In this document: one piece after another, positions 11,405 to 23,501 of the stretch | Position numbering within the stretch: the first letter of the stretch is position 1 | Layout of the letters: every line of letters starts with the position of its first letter | Assembly (NCBI GenBank): GCA_009103225.1 | Contig: RHPI01002568.1 | Span: forward strand, 605,729 to 655,237 | Length of the DNA stretch: 49,509 bases | Direction of reading: 5' to 3' | Origin: Chlorokybus atmophyticus | Taxonomy: Eukaryota > Plantae > Mesostigma and Chlorokybus algae | Notes under the pieces: model-generated | The model's input: only the letters and a program-made list of their open reading frames with translations | What the model was told of the DNA's origin: nothing | Database searches by the model: none | Translations under genes and position numbers: made by a program

Positions 11405-12861
11405 AGGGTCGATTGGAACCCCAAACCCAAACGCATTTGGCCGTGACCGGGCAACCTCGGCCGTCAGCAACCCTTCCCCAAGCAAGTGGAAGATTGGCAA
11501 CGAGGTAAGCACTGTGTGACACTGTGACACTGTGTGTATGTGTGTAACGGATTGTTCTTCTGTGGACAGCATTTGCGAGATGCCGTCGTTGAAATCATAA
11601 ACGGCCACTGGGTAGAGAGCCACGTTTATCCCAAGGAGGACACTATTCGTAACGTCATGTGTCAGGTGCTGTGAATGCTTCATGACCGCACTGCACCGTG
11701 ACACTGACCAACCTGCCCGTGACAGGTAGTTGGCTTCGACCATGACGACGAGGCCGATGCGGCCAAGTTCTATGAGGTGTACTGGACTCCCAAGGAGTGC
11801 CCCTTCCACTGGAGTGTCGCCCTGAAGAAAGCTACGCAGGTCCGGTCTGAGAACGTCACCAAGATCAAGCATGTCCTTGAGAAGGAGTACAAGTGGACAC
11901 TGTTTAACAGCAACAAGCGCAAGTGAGTTGGGTCCCTCACCACCACGTCTGCTATGCAACACTGCCTTTTTACTCAGCCTCCATACACACGTACTCATCT
12001 CGCCTATTGTAACCGATTCAATCAGGCACATCGACGCCCTAATGGACCCCGAGACCCAAAAAGCCCAGATGCGCAACGCGCTCCAAAGTAAGTCACAGGC
12101 ACTATTCTAGCCTGGTGCAGGCTCAACTTGAACTATCTATTTCGTGACTAATGCCTTGTCGGTATGACTGTCGCAGACAAGTCATGGCGGAGATTTGAGG
12201 TGACCGACACTGCAGACCCGGAGCGGAGGAGATACATCCATGAATGGGGCAATCCCATAATCTGGCAAATGATCGTGCAATGCTGGTCTTACGCCGTCAC
12301 TACACCTGGTCGCCGGCAGCTGACAGTCAACCACCTCGCATACCTGTTGCTTACGGTGAGCACTCTGAACTCCATCATTAGCAATTCAGGAACGCTGTAG
12401 CCCCAAACTACAGGCTTGCAGACGCGTTGCAGTGAATAGTGGCTTTCGATGCCACTAAGACATGCCTGTAAACTACGCAGGTGGAGCGCATCCTAAAGGG
12501 CAAGGATGGAGACCCTCTCCTAGCTGCCAGCATAGACACACATGAAGAGTACCTCAGCGAAATCAACACCATGATCATGTCAATGAAGCGGGAGATGAGG
12601 CAACGGTACGCAGCCCTCCAGCCATTCACCCTTGTGAAACGCCGCACTGCATCTTGTGTCGAATACCTGAAAGATCCCAATCGGCGCCGGCCGCAAGAGA
12701 CAGCAGCTCGTGACCCGCTCGCTGAGGCAGAAGCGGCATTTGATTGGCTGGCACAACCGTTTGAGGAGGAAGAGCAAGCTCCGGCGTCTCCTCCACAGGC
12801 CCCAGCGCGTGGTGCTTTGTTCCGTAATGACGAGACCAGCGATGATGGAGAGGAGCTGTAG
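11405..12861 (+). CDS. Element gene X, last six exons (unknown accessory protein, acidic tail)
   Basis: Phase-consistent GT-AG exons: GSIG..IGNE|HLRDAVVEII..MCQ|VVGFDH..NKRN|LHTH..ALQN|KSWRRF..YLLLT|VERILKG..DETSDDGEEL*. No internal stops. Confidence 0.7.
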
Positions 12862-13241
12862 CGCAGTTGGTAGTCCGTTTAGCTGGTAGTGTACATAGCT
12901 ACAAGGCTCTTGTGACTGAGTGTTGTGCATCTTAAACCAGCTCAGTCAATCGTCATTATGCTCATGCACATCAATACTTGCATCCCTATGATATACAACA
13001 GAACTGCATTCGAGTCACATAATCGAACCACAAGCCTTGGCAAGTGACTGAGAGACACTGTACACATTTCAGGTACATGTACACAGCACGGGCACATAAC
13101 AATGCTGGAAGTCAGTGACAGTCGCGTGTAGTCAAGCTATGCAAATACATATGACGACAGTTAGGCATTGGTCACCTTCAGTTGTTGAAGAATGCCTTAT
13201 TTTGACGAAAATTACCTAGTTGGTGCTTGTGAATTAGGCTT

Positions 13242-13524
13242 AGTCGCCTGCGCTGGACTGGTGTGTAACCTGAAGGTGCCTGTCACATAGGCTGAGTCAC
13301 CTAGGTAAGACTGATGTGTAAGTTACAGGTGCCCGTTGATTAGTTGTAGTCACCTAATAAGGCCTGATGTGTAACTAACAGTTGCCTGTAAATTACAGAA
13401 AGTCATTTGTTAAGGCCTGGTGTGTGACTAACAGGTGCCTGCTTATTTTATGAAGTCACCTAATAGAGCCTGATGGGTAACTAACAGGCGCCTGTTAGTT
13501 AGGCAAAGTCAACTGTTAAAGACT
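13242..13524 (+). repeat. 53-bp subterminal tandem repeat, 5 units plus a partial unit
   Basis: Units start AGTC at 13242, 13295, 13348, 13401, 13454, 13507; consensus about AGTCACCTAATAAGGCCTGATGTGTAACTAACAGGTGCCTGT... Confidence 0.85.
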
Positions 13525-13681
13525 TAATTATAACAGAAAGGGCCTTACAGTAACGAAAGTTACTGTTAGGTCCCTGTATCAAGATTACAGGTGGCCTAAG
13601 CCACGACAGTCTAAATTAGCGTCCTCAGGTGCACGGCCGTTGCCAATATTTAGTCGGCCGGCAGGGAAAACATATTGCCAA

Positions 13682-14037
13682 GTTGGCGTGCCACAGGTTG
13701 CTCAGGCACACGCACACATCGAAAGCCCTCGTTCACTTCCTCCTCCTCCTGTTGCTGCTGTGCTTGTGTCTCCTGGAGGAATCCTTCAGCATCAAGCATG
13801 TGCGCATCCTGGATCGAACTCCCCGGTTCAACATGACCCGCATTGTACTGTAATGGACGCTGGCCGACATACAGCTTGATCTGCTTGCACACCCTGCTGC
13901 TAATAATGTGCATGTAGACCGAGCTGCGTGTGGCGAAGCGCATGTGGCAATACGGACAAAGAACTCCCATATCTCACTACTAACGTCGACACAGGTGTCG
14001 CCAATGTAACCAGCATCATATCCAGCAACACGCACAC

Positions 14038-14069
<32 letters not shown>

Positions 14070-15955
14070 GCCACCGCTACCGCTACCCTTGCATGCCAGA
14101 GGCGGGAAACTTGGCCGCCAGTCACTGGCTCCGTCGTACCATTATAATGGTACGATCGAGCCATTGCACGTCCAGGGTGAGTCTCTGGATATTTTTATAT
14201 ACATATATATTCTGATTGAACCGTTTCAATGGTACGAAGATGCCTTTGCCAAAAGGTATAGGCATTGTACAAAGGTACCATTGAAATGGTACCTTTGTAC
14301 AATGGCAATGGCAGTTCGTACCATTGACAACTCTGGCAATGTCAGTCCCCCTGCGCATGAAAACACCATTGATAGCTCCGCCAAGCTATGCCCTTACAGG
14401 GGCGCGATGCCGAGGGTATGTGGCGTTTGGAGGATCGTTGGCGGCGCTGCCAGAAGCGTAGTGGGCATTGTGGTCGAGGTCCGGGATGAATTCCATGTTC
14501 GCACAGGGCGGGCAGGGTGCCGGAGGGGTGTCCTCGGTGTCAAACCCCACCATGCCTACCAAGGGCACAGCCAATGACAACAGTGACTCGGGCGATATCT
14601 TACAGGGCTCCCCCTCCGAGTGGGCAAAGGCACACCACAATACTGCCTCTAAGAAAATCCGACCCACCAGCAGCTGCGACCACGGCGACATGATTGAAGG
14701 GANTCTGCCTCTAAGAAAATCCAACCCACCAGCAGCTGCAACCACGGCGACATGATTGAAGGGACCAAACAAGACTGGCATAACCAAGGTGGGTTACGAT
14801 GCACTGTCAATGCCACATGCTAGGGTTCTTTTATCTTGCACATGCACAGCCTCAAGTATCTTGCACTTGACATACATTGTCAATACGACATGCACACCCT
14901 CATGCACAACCTCCAGTGTCATGCACATGAACAGCATGACCAATCTCGCAAATGCACAGCCTATTTCTACTTGCGGGAGCTCACAAGTTGCAAAAGAGAN
15001 ATTACCACGAACGGGTAATCCATGACCTAGTTTAATGTTTTCAACGGTAATTAAGCAGTATGCTTGCAGATTGCCATGTTAGTCAGAGTGAACCGAGAGC
15101 AGCGCGGCAGGCTGACTGTCTGCCTGGCGCAGTGCAACAAAGCGGAAGACGAGGTAAGCATGTGTATGCTGATGGGCTAGTCCTCAGTTATCGTAACGCC
15201 ACTCTTACAGCATTACCAAATGCAAGTGGTCACTCTTAAAGCGACCATCAAGCGCATGCGCGTGCACGGCGAGGCGCTGACATTCAAGCTGAAGGACAAG
15301 TGGGCGCGGTTCTGTCAGCGAGCGAGGCAGCGGATGAAGATGACTCCGGCGTTGAAGCAGAAGACTTGTCGGAGGAGGAACAGGAGGAGGGGGTTTGAGG
15401 AGGAGTTCTGAGGCAGGCACCACGGGTTGACAAGTTGCGCATGAGTCCGACAGCTAGACTCAATGTTATAGGGTAGTTTCATGCGCGAGTTGGCTGCTCA
15501 GTTGCAAGTGGACATACTCTCACCACTGCCGGTACACTGTATATATTGTGGGCTTATAGGTGCAAGACCAAACAATCAGTACAAGGTTTGTACAAGCTGC
15601 ATAGCATGTTAGTGTTGGCTTACGGCAAGAATTGCCAACTTTTGTCAAACGGCAAGGGTCACATATTAACAGCAGTGTAACGGCAAAGAGACTGCCGGCT
15701 ATTGCTGTCAGCTGTCCGTAACCGGTTAACGGCCGTCTGTGCACATCGACCAAAGGGTAAATGGTTGACAACTCTTGGCCGGTTAGTGCCACTGACAACC
15801 ACTTTCGGCCCGCGGCCGTCTGCGTCAGTCCATTTAAGCCAACGGCAAACCCAACAGTCCACAAGTAATATTTCAGGCAGCGACAGGCAGGCTCAGGCAG
15901 GCTCAGGCACCAGTCAGTCCCTCAGTCCTTAGTCAGTCACCGTGTAAAATTTGCG
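13682..15955 (-). mobile_element. Plavaka element copy C: left-end fragment (left terminus, gene W, hub 1, transposase N-terminus)
   Basis: Reverse complement of 43200-45419 and direct repeat of 9262-11216. Ends ...GTGTAAAATTTGCG at 15955. Visibly more diverged than A and B are from each other. Confidence 0.85.
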
Positions 15956-16748
15956 NCCCCCCCCCCCCCCCCCCCTTCAATCGTATTATATCAGGGGGGT
16001 TGTATTTAAACAATAAGGTAACATGTACGTATATAGAATAATAAGCATGACTGTATGGCCATCGCTAAATGAATTATCGATAAACATGGTATCAGTCTAA
16101 TCAAGACAAAATGACAAGATTATTGACACCGGAATAAAAATTCAAGAAATTTACAAGTTATGTGCCGCAATGTTATCAATTTAATAATGACTTGTGAGCT
16201 GTAACCATCGTGCATGAGCATGAGTTTTGGTACATCAAATTTTAACAAATTGAACCTATGAAGGCCTTGTACAGCTTCAAGTATTATTGATTATAAGGTA
16301 ATCCTCCCAAACACATGCACACCATCTACTTCTTAACCGCATCAATAGCATTAATAAAACATCAGGTTCCTGAGAAGAAAAGTTGGCGTGTAGGCTTCAT
16401 TAATAAACCCGAGTAATAAACCCGAGGAAGCAGGTGACTGCTCCGAAAACGGCGTAAAACCGCCGCCAATATATTTGATTTGTTTCTTGCCAGAACCCCG
16501 CCAATGTATGATTCGTATTATCAATGCAACGTCACTGATTGCATACGTTTAGCTGCGGGAGACTTGACTAAATTCTGCTAGTGAATTTCGCGCAAGTGCC
16601 CTCACGGTGTTGATGTTTTTACAAGTAGCACTACCGTATTGCCGCAAACAGAAGATTGCCATAATCAAATAAGACATCAAGACATACTGAAGGAGGTATG
16701 TAATCAATGACTCTACTGCAATAGGGAGAAAAAGAAAGGAGCCTGCTA

Positions 16749-18790
16749 TCAATACGTGTCGCTTGCCCCATGAAACCCCCCTATAGAGGACTTACCACCA
16801 AAGCTTCTATGCGATACATACCCTCCATTCTTCATATCAGCACCCACGCGCTCGTGCTCGCTTGCCTCACCTACATAGCACATGTGCTTGTGAGCGTGCA
16901 CGATCATGTATGAGATTGCAGCACAACCTGAGACACACACCACGTATATGCTCACAATCAGTGGCTGTACAAGTGACCACCAGACACTCACATGCGATCA
17001 AAGACGCAAGGTACAGTATATACTTACATATGTGCGCTCGTTGAATGTGGACGTATATATACATATGTAAATAAGTATGCATATATGCATGCTGCTGTTG
17101 TATGCATATACATGCGTACCTTGAAGGTAGTCGAGGGCTGCCTCGTGCATCGCCATGCTTTGCCTGAGGCGCTGCGGGGCCACCTTGAGCCACTCAAGCT
17201 CCTAAGGATACAGCAGTATGGACACATACACTCATCCACCCAACATGCAAACACACACATACACATCTCCCCCTTCATCACCTGCTGCATGACGTACACC
17301 TTGTGCCTCAGCGCGACCCTCGCGCGCTCCCTCAGGTGCTTCTCAAACTTGCGCAGGACTTTGTCGGCGTGCGCGCGGGCCTTCGCCTGCACCTCTTCAC
17401 TACCGTTGTTGTTGTTGTTGTTGTTGCGCCCATTACTGTTAGTCTGCTGCATTGCCACAGTGGAGTTCTCCCGGCTGAGCGTTCGCCCGAAACCCTCCCT
17501 TTCAGTGCCACTTTTGCTACCGGGAGGAAGCGAATGAGCCCTCCTGTGCTGCTGGTGCTGTTGTTGTTGTTGTTGTTGTTGGAAGTGGGCAACATTGGGC
17601 AAGTCAATCAGCAGTGGAACCGCGCCTACGCCGCACACGCACTCGCTCCCTGCTTGATGATGAAGGTGTGTGTGTGCGTGTGCGCGCGTGCGCGCATGTG
17701 CTTATGTGTAAGTATGGTTGCGTGTGTTAATATACATGTATGCGCCTATGTGCGGTGGGCGTGTTTGTACGCATGCACGTGCACCTATGTGTGTGTACAT
17801 TCCTCACCTGGCAGGCAGTGTTCGCATGAAGTGGGCGCAACTCCCATGATGCCAGCCACTTCAGCGTCGGCCACAACGTCCTCGCTATGATCGTGCGCCA
17901 GCTCATGATCGATGGCTGTGGCTGCCCTGTGCTGTACATGCGTCCTGGCAACGTTCGGGCTTTTCACGCCGTAACTGCTGGACTGGGGCTTCAGGTATGG
18001 TGACGCAGACACCATACCACCTGTGGTAAAATGTGTGTGTAAAAAGCGTGCGCGTGTCGTGGTGTGCAAGGGTGCGCAAGAGCTTGTGTACACGTGTTCG
18101 TGCGTCGCGTACATCTGTACGTGCATGTATGCGTATGTCTCTGCAGAGGTGCGCATCTGCACTCGCATATGTGAGTTTGCGTGCGTGTGCGTGCGTCTGA
18201 GTGCATGCGTGTGTGGATGGATGATGAGTATATAGTGTCCGCCGTACGTCGCATCCTCGACGACGGCGATATCGCCGTCCCCGCCTGCGCCCCATAATGA
18301 TACCGTCCCTCGTCCTGGCCATGATGCCCGATGACCCCCCTGGCGATCCGGGCGCACAGCTCCTCCTGCCGCTGCTCCCACTTCTGCTCCTCTCTCATCA
18401 ACTGCTGAGCGAACCAGTGAGACACCGCCGCGCTGCTGCTGCTGCTGCTGACGGGGACGGCGTTGGGGTTGGAGGAGGAGAAGAGGACGGGGTGACGAGC
18501 GTCCCAGTCGAGCTTGGGGCCCTACATATGGGTGTGGGTGGGCGTGAGGNCGTGTGGTGGGTGGGGTGGGGGGGACACACATGCGTGCGCACACGCACCC
18601 TCAAGTATGCATAAGCTGAACAAGCGTGCACTGCGAGAATTAGAAACACAGATGTGCGTATCTGATGCTACGCACGCAGACATGCCCATGCCCACGCACG
18701 GGCACATATAGATGTGTGCCTCTGTGCAAGCATCTGAGAGCTGCTGAACAGAGGCACACGAAACCGTCCCTCTATTCAGGAGCACGCGCG

Positions 18791-18823
<33 letters not shown>

Positions 18824-19282
18824 TACACGATAACGTCTTTACGGTCTACCTACCTCCCCTCTCCCCGCTGCGCTCGCCGACCGCTTCTTCTTCTTCCTTC
18901 GACGACGCTGCGATGGCGGATGCGGCGCGACGCTTTGCATCAGAGGGAGGACGGAGGAGACAGAGGCCTGGTGCTCCACCCAACGGGACACGGCTGCAGG
19001 AGGGGGGGAAAGTAGTAATTGTTGTTGTGAGCTGATGGATATCTATCAAGTGTTAGTTGTGATATCGATAGAGCTGAAGACTCATTGGAATGGCTTCAGC
19101 ACAACGACAACAGCAATAATGACAGCAGCAACAGCAACAGCGACAACAACGACAGCAACAGCTATGGTAACATTGACACAAAGGCGACCACTGCGATGAC
19201 ACAACAATTTCCGCCACAGCGAGACAACAGCAAGCATAGCCACATAGAAAACAGCTACAACAGCGACAACAACAGCAGCAGC

Positions 19283-19337
<55 letters not shown>

Positions 19338-19341
19338 GCAA

Positions 19342-19373
<32 letters not shown>

Positions 19374-20398
19374 ACGGCAACGGCTACAACAACTAGTCAA
19401 GCTACAACACCGATAGATATGGAGGACGCTTTGTCAGCAACTACAGCAGCGCAACGACCACAACGTAGACAAAGTCAGCAGCTCAAATAACAGCAACCAC
19501 ACGACAGTCACGCACGAACGCAACAGATACCATCACAACGAGACCACAGAGGCGACAGCGGCAAACGTTATGGCTCCAGTTGTGTAACTACAGCAGCAAC
19601 CTCCTCTCTACAAACTCAGCCCGTGCGTGCACGTAATTGAGATTGAAAGCCACAACACACCAACAACATCCAGTAAAGGCTACCACCAAAAACCAACACT
19701 TGTCACAAGCTACACAACGTATTGGTTTTGGGGATTTAACATTGCGCACAGACATCCGCACAGCCTACCTTCGTAGTCCATAGGCGCCCTCCCGCTAGCC
19801 ACAACAAACCCCCTTGGGTGAGGAGGGAGCTCCCCATCAGCCGCTCCCATTTGTTCAACACTCCACTTCAAGAACAAAATCCCCTTTCGCGGGAGACTGA
19901 CACCTGCTAGAGATGAAACGCCATACCCGCTATATCCGCCATACCCACCACTACCAAGCCAAAGTAAGCAAGCAGTTGTCCCAGTGGTATTGCTTTGTCT
20001 TAATTGTAGGTGTGTAAACAGAGTAGTAGAGAAGTAAGCTTAGTTTGTGGAGCACGAGTGGTAAAGAGTGTGTATGCGAGTGGGAGTATTGTTTCGCGCA
20101 GTTTTTGGGGTGCGCGTGCGTGTGTGTTGAGGCGAAGTGTTGAGGCAGAGTGCGAGCGGCAAGCATGCGAGCCGAAAATCTTTGGCCCCCAAACGCCACA
20201 AATAAAGCAAGCAGTACACTGCATAACCGTGTGACGACACTGATAAACGTGCATTGACTGTACCAAAGCACCGACCATCGACAGTCGATTGTCCACTGAT
20301 CCAGAGTGGCGACTGTCGGTGTGAATACTTATGCGTTTATGTATAACGTACCTGCAGTGGCTGCAGCCGAATTTTGTCTGTCGCGGGAAAGGCTGCAT
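16749..20398 (-). CDS. Hypothetical low-complexity protein (about 7 exons)
   Basis: Exons MQPFPRQTKFGCSHC|SGGYGG..PMDYE|..GERGG|PQARLG..|GGMVSAS..HCLP|..ALRHK|ELEWLK..DYLQ|GEASEH..SDTY*; mostly canonical splice sites. No family recognised. Confidence 0.55.
19104..19393. repeat. (CAA/CAG)n trinucleotide microsatellite region
   Basis: Pure AAC run at about 19282-19338 inside a degenerate CAA/CAG tract; lies in an intron of the 16749-20398 gene. Confidence 0.9.
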
Positions 20399-20712
20399 CT
20401 TGGTCACGTGACCGGCGGTTTGGCTCCACAGGCAAATTTCTTTTCCTCGCTCCTCGCTCTGTCAACCAAAAGCGCCTGAACCAGACCAGATCAGGCCTGG
20501 CCCGTACCAGGCCGAGATCAGGCCCAGACCAGGCCACCGACGCACGGACTGCGCTACTAGCCTAACCAACTACTAGCCGAGCTGCCAACTACTACTACTC
20601 GGCTCAGATTAGACCAAACACTAACAGGCCAACAGTCCGAAGTCAAGCTTTAGTAAACCCTTTCACCAGCCCAGCCCAGATTACCATCACTACCACTCTA
20701 CCAACCAGCACC

Positions 20713-23273
20713 ATGCTCCCCCGCGCCCGCTTCTCCTCCCTCGCCTCCGCCCTCCTCGCCGCCGCCACCCTGACCCTCCTCGTGCTCGGACCCCACGTCG
20801 GACTGGACCGCGTCGACGACGGACGGACGAGGGTGGAGGTGAGGGGGAGAGTGTGTATGTGTGTGTGTGTGGGTGTGGGTGTGTATGTGTGTGGGAGAAG
20901 GGGACAGAGTGTGATGGATATGGTTTGGGTGCAGGACTTCCGGTCTAGGTATGCCAGGAGTAAAGGTGGAGCAGGAGGAGGAGGAGGAGGAGCATCGTTG
21001 GGTTCGTCGGCTGCGGGGCATGCCAGGAGATCGTCACGCAGCGCTCTGGAAGTGAGTGTATGCATTTTATGCACACAAGTGGATGCATACATAGTCAGTT
21101 GAACTCATATGCGCGAGTGATGCATTGAGATGAACTTGAAGCATGCCACGATAACATGCGCTTTGTTTGTCCTTCAATGTATCAGAGCCGCGTGAACGAG
21201 ACAATCTCACAAGGGGACATCCAGCGACTACTCAACACACCTGTCCCAGTCATCCTAAGGCAAGCAAAGAGACACATACACGCACACGCGCATAACCACG
21301 CACATACACTCGCACAAGCCCGCACACACGTCAACGCGAGCGTGCGCGCATACGCACCCAAGGACAATCCGTCCCTCACAATCGCAACACCACCAATCAA
21401 CAACAACAACAGCAACAACGACTTGTTGTCGTCGTTGGCAACAGCATACCAACACTCTGCCGATATCCGCAGCAAGTCTTCTATCCGTCCCGTTGCCCGT
21501 TTCTCCTGCGGTCGCACGCAGGTGGTCCGTCTCGGCCGCTACAGCACGCTCGGACTCGTGCATCGTCTGAGAAGCGCGCTGCCCGCCGTCGACCTGTTCG
21601 ATCCCAACATAACAACTGTCACAAACAACAACAAGGATGAGAATCTACACATACCGACGCATCATAAGCCGTATAGGACGTGCGCGGTGGTGAGTGGATG
21701 GGTTTCGTGTTGGGTGTTTGTGGTTGTGTATGTGTTTTGGGTGTTTGTGGGGTGAGAGTGAATGGGCATGGTGTGGTGTGCGAGTGTGGTTTTTGATTGT
21801 GTTGTGTTGTGTTGTGTTGTGTTGTGTTGTATGAAGGTGGGGAATAGCGGGTCGCTGTTGTCTGGTCAGCGGGGTGCGGAGATCGACGCGCACGAGGTGG
21901 TGATACGCTTCAATGCCGGAGTCACTTTCGGTGAGTTGTGCTACTGTGAGAGACTAACGCACGCACAGACATGCATACACGACCATTTGGGCATGCGCGC
22001 ACGCACACACATATATACACCTATGCCGCTTGCACGCACACACCTCTGATACTGTTTGTTGATTTCTATTACCATGTTGACGGTAAGCACACGGGTTTGC
22101 CTTTGGCGTGTAGGGTATGAGCAGTTTGTTGGGGCGAAGACAACATGGCGGTTATGCAACAGGTGCGTTAGTGACTCATATGTATAAATGCTATACCGTT
22201 ACTATATGTCATACGCACTTTGAGTCGCTACCAATCAGTTAAGCTATTGCATATACAATTGTAGGCCCGGGGCGTGGCCATCAGATGATGAGGACTCGCG
22301 CACGTTGACAACCCTGCGCGGGACCAAAGAGATGCAGGTGAGGGAGTGTGCGCGTGCATTTGCGCGTGCATGGGTGCGTGCGTGCGTACATTCGTACGGC
22401 CGCCTCTGTGTATGTATGTGCGCATGTGTACACTCGTGCATGTGCGTGTGCTGTGTCTGTGTACTTTTCGCCCACAAGACAACAGTGAGAGCCTTTGTTC
22501 TCTCACAGGAGTGGGCTCAAGATGTGCACCGAGGCAAGCGGAGGGCTTACGGCCTGGACCCCGAGTTCCTATGTCACGCCTGGGAGGTATGCATTGTTGA
22601 ACTCATCTATTGATGTGCTGCTAGGCTCATGCACATGTTGTTGTCATGCTGTCACGCTGTGAACACTCACATGCACACGCGCACATATGCAATCGTGCAT
22701 GTATGTTTACGCCTGTACACACCGTCATGCACACACATGCGCAGACATGCACCCACATGCACGCGCGCTCACTGGCAAACACATACACGCACATATGCTC
22801 ACGCACTCGTCTCTCGTCTCTCCCCCCTTCTCTCCAGTGGGTGGGCAACCAGGGCAGCAAGCCGTCCTCAGGCCTCGTCGGCATCGTGTTCGCCCTAAGA
22901 CTATGCGATGCAGTCACAGCCTACGGATTCCAAGTAATTGATGGTTGCTTGTGCGTGTGCGTGCATGTGCGAGTGTGCGTGTGTGTACGCAGAGAAGTTG
23001 TGTGTCTGTGTGTGCGTGTCTCACGCCTCCTCCCACCCCCACTCGCTCTCCCTCTGAGTAGCAGTAGCCATTGTCTGTACACACCAACTCACTCCCCCTC
23101 TTGCCTTCTCTCACACCCAGTTCCGCAACTACTTCACGAAGCGCGCCCGCCCCCACTACTACGACTGGGAGCGTCCCGCCAAGGGTCGGGAGGGCGTCCA
23201 CCCGTTCCGCCACGAGGTGGCGCTGTACGAGGGGCTGGCAAGGAGGGGCATGCTCAGACTAGTGGAGGATTAG
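20713..23273 (+). CDS. Sialyltransferase-like glycosyltransferase family 29 (type II membrane protein)
   Basis: N-terminal TM; sialylmotif L (CAV|VGNSGSLL..GAEIDAHEVVIRFN..GYEQFVGAKTTWRL), S (PSSGLVGIVFALRLCDAVTAYGF), III (HYYD), VS (HPFRHE); stop at 23271-23273. Confidence 0.9.
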
Positions 23274-23282
23274 ATTAGATTT

Positions 23283-23313
<31 letters not shown>

Positions 23314-23317
23314 GGGG

Positions 23318-23501
23318 NNNNNNNNNNNNNNNNNNNNNNNNNNNNNNNNNNNNNNNNNNNNNNNNNNNNNNNNNNNNNNNNNNNNNNNNNNNNNNNNNNN
23401 NNNNNNNNNNNNNNNNNNNNNNNNNNNNNNNNNNNNNNNNNNNNNNNNNNNNNNNNNNNNNNNNNNNNNNNNNNNNNNNNNNNNNNNNNNNNNNNNNNNN
23501 N
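23318..23501. other. Assembly gap (N run) flanked by poly-G
   Basis: 184 Ns; both flanks read (G)nTTAAGGGG. Confidence 0.97.

Larger units (their letters stand above)
11217..13621 (+). mobile_element. Right-end fragment of the same Plavaka element, opposite orientation to copy A
   Basis: 11217-12243 is an inverted copy of 1-~1030. Ends with 53-bp tandem repeats and ...CAGTCTAAATTAGCG, an imperfect inverted match to the left end CGCAAATTTTACAC. Confidence 0.7.

Noticed and set aside
11366-12076. 236-aa minus-strand ORF (and its counterparts 168-518 and 540-944)
   Set aside because: Antisense shadow of the spliced gene X exons.
13242-13524. Regularly spaced repeats as a CRISPR array
   Set aside because: Contiguous degenerate 53-bp units with no unique spacers, eukaryotic context, no cas genes.
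14643-14764. 60-bp tandem duplication in copy C
   Set aside because: Centred on an N (14703) and absent from copies A and B; most likely a contig-join artefact.
1-15955. TET/JBP dioxygenase or CxC domains often linked to KDZ/Plavaka elements
   Set aside because: No HxD...H 2OG-Fe motif or CxC cluster was recognised in any frame.
19053-19400. Poly-Cys ORF (-) and Asn/Ser-rich ORF (+)
   Set aside because: Both are readings of the CAA/CAG microsatellite; no splice or domain support.
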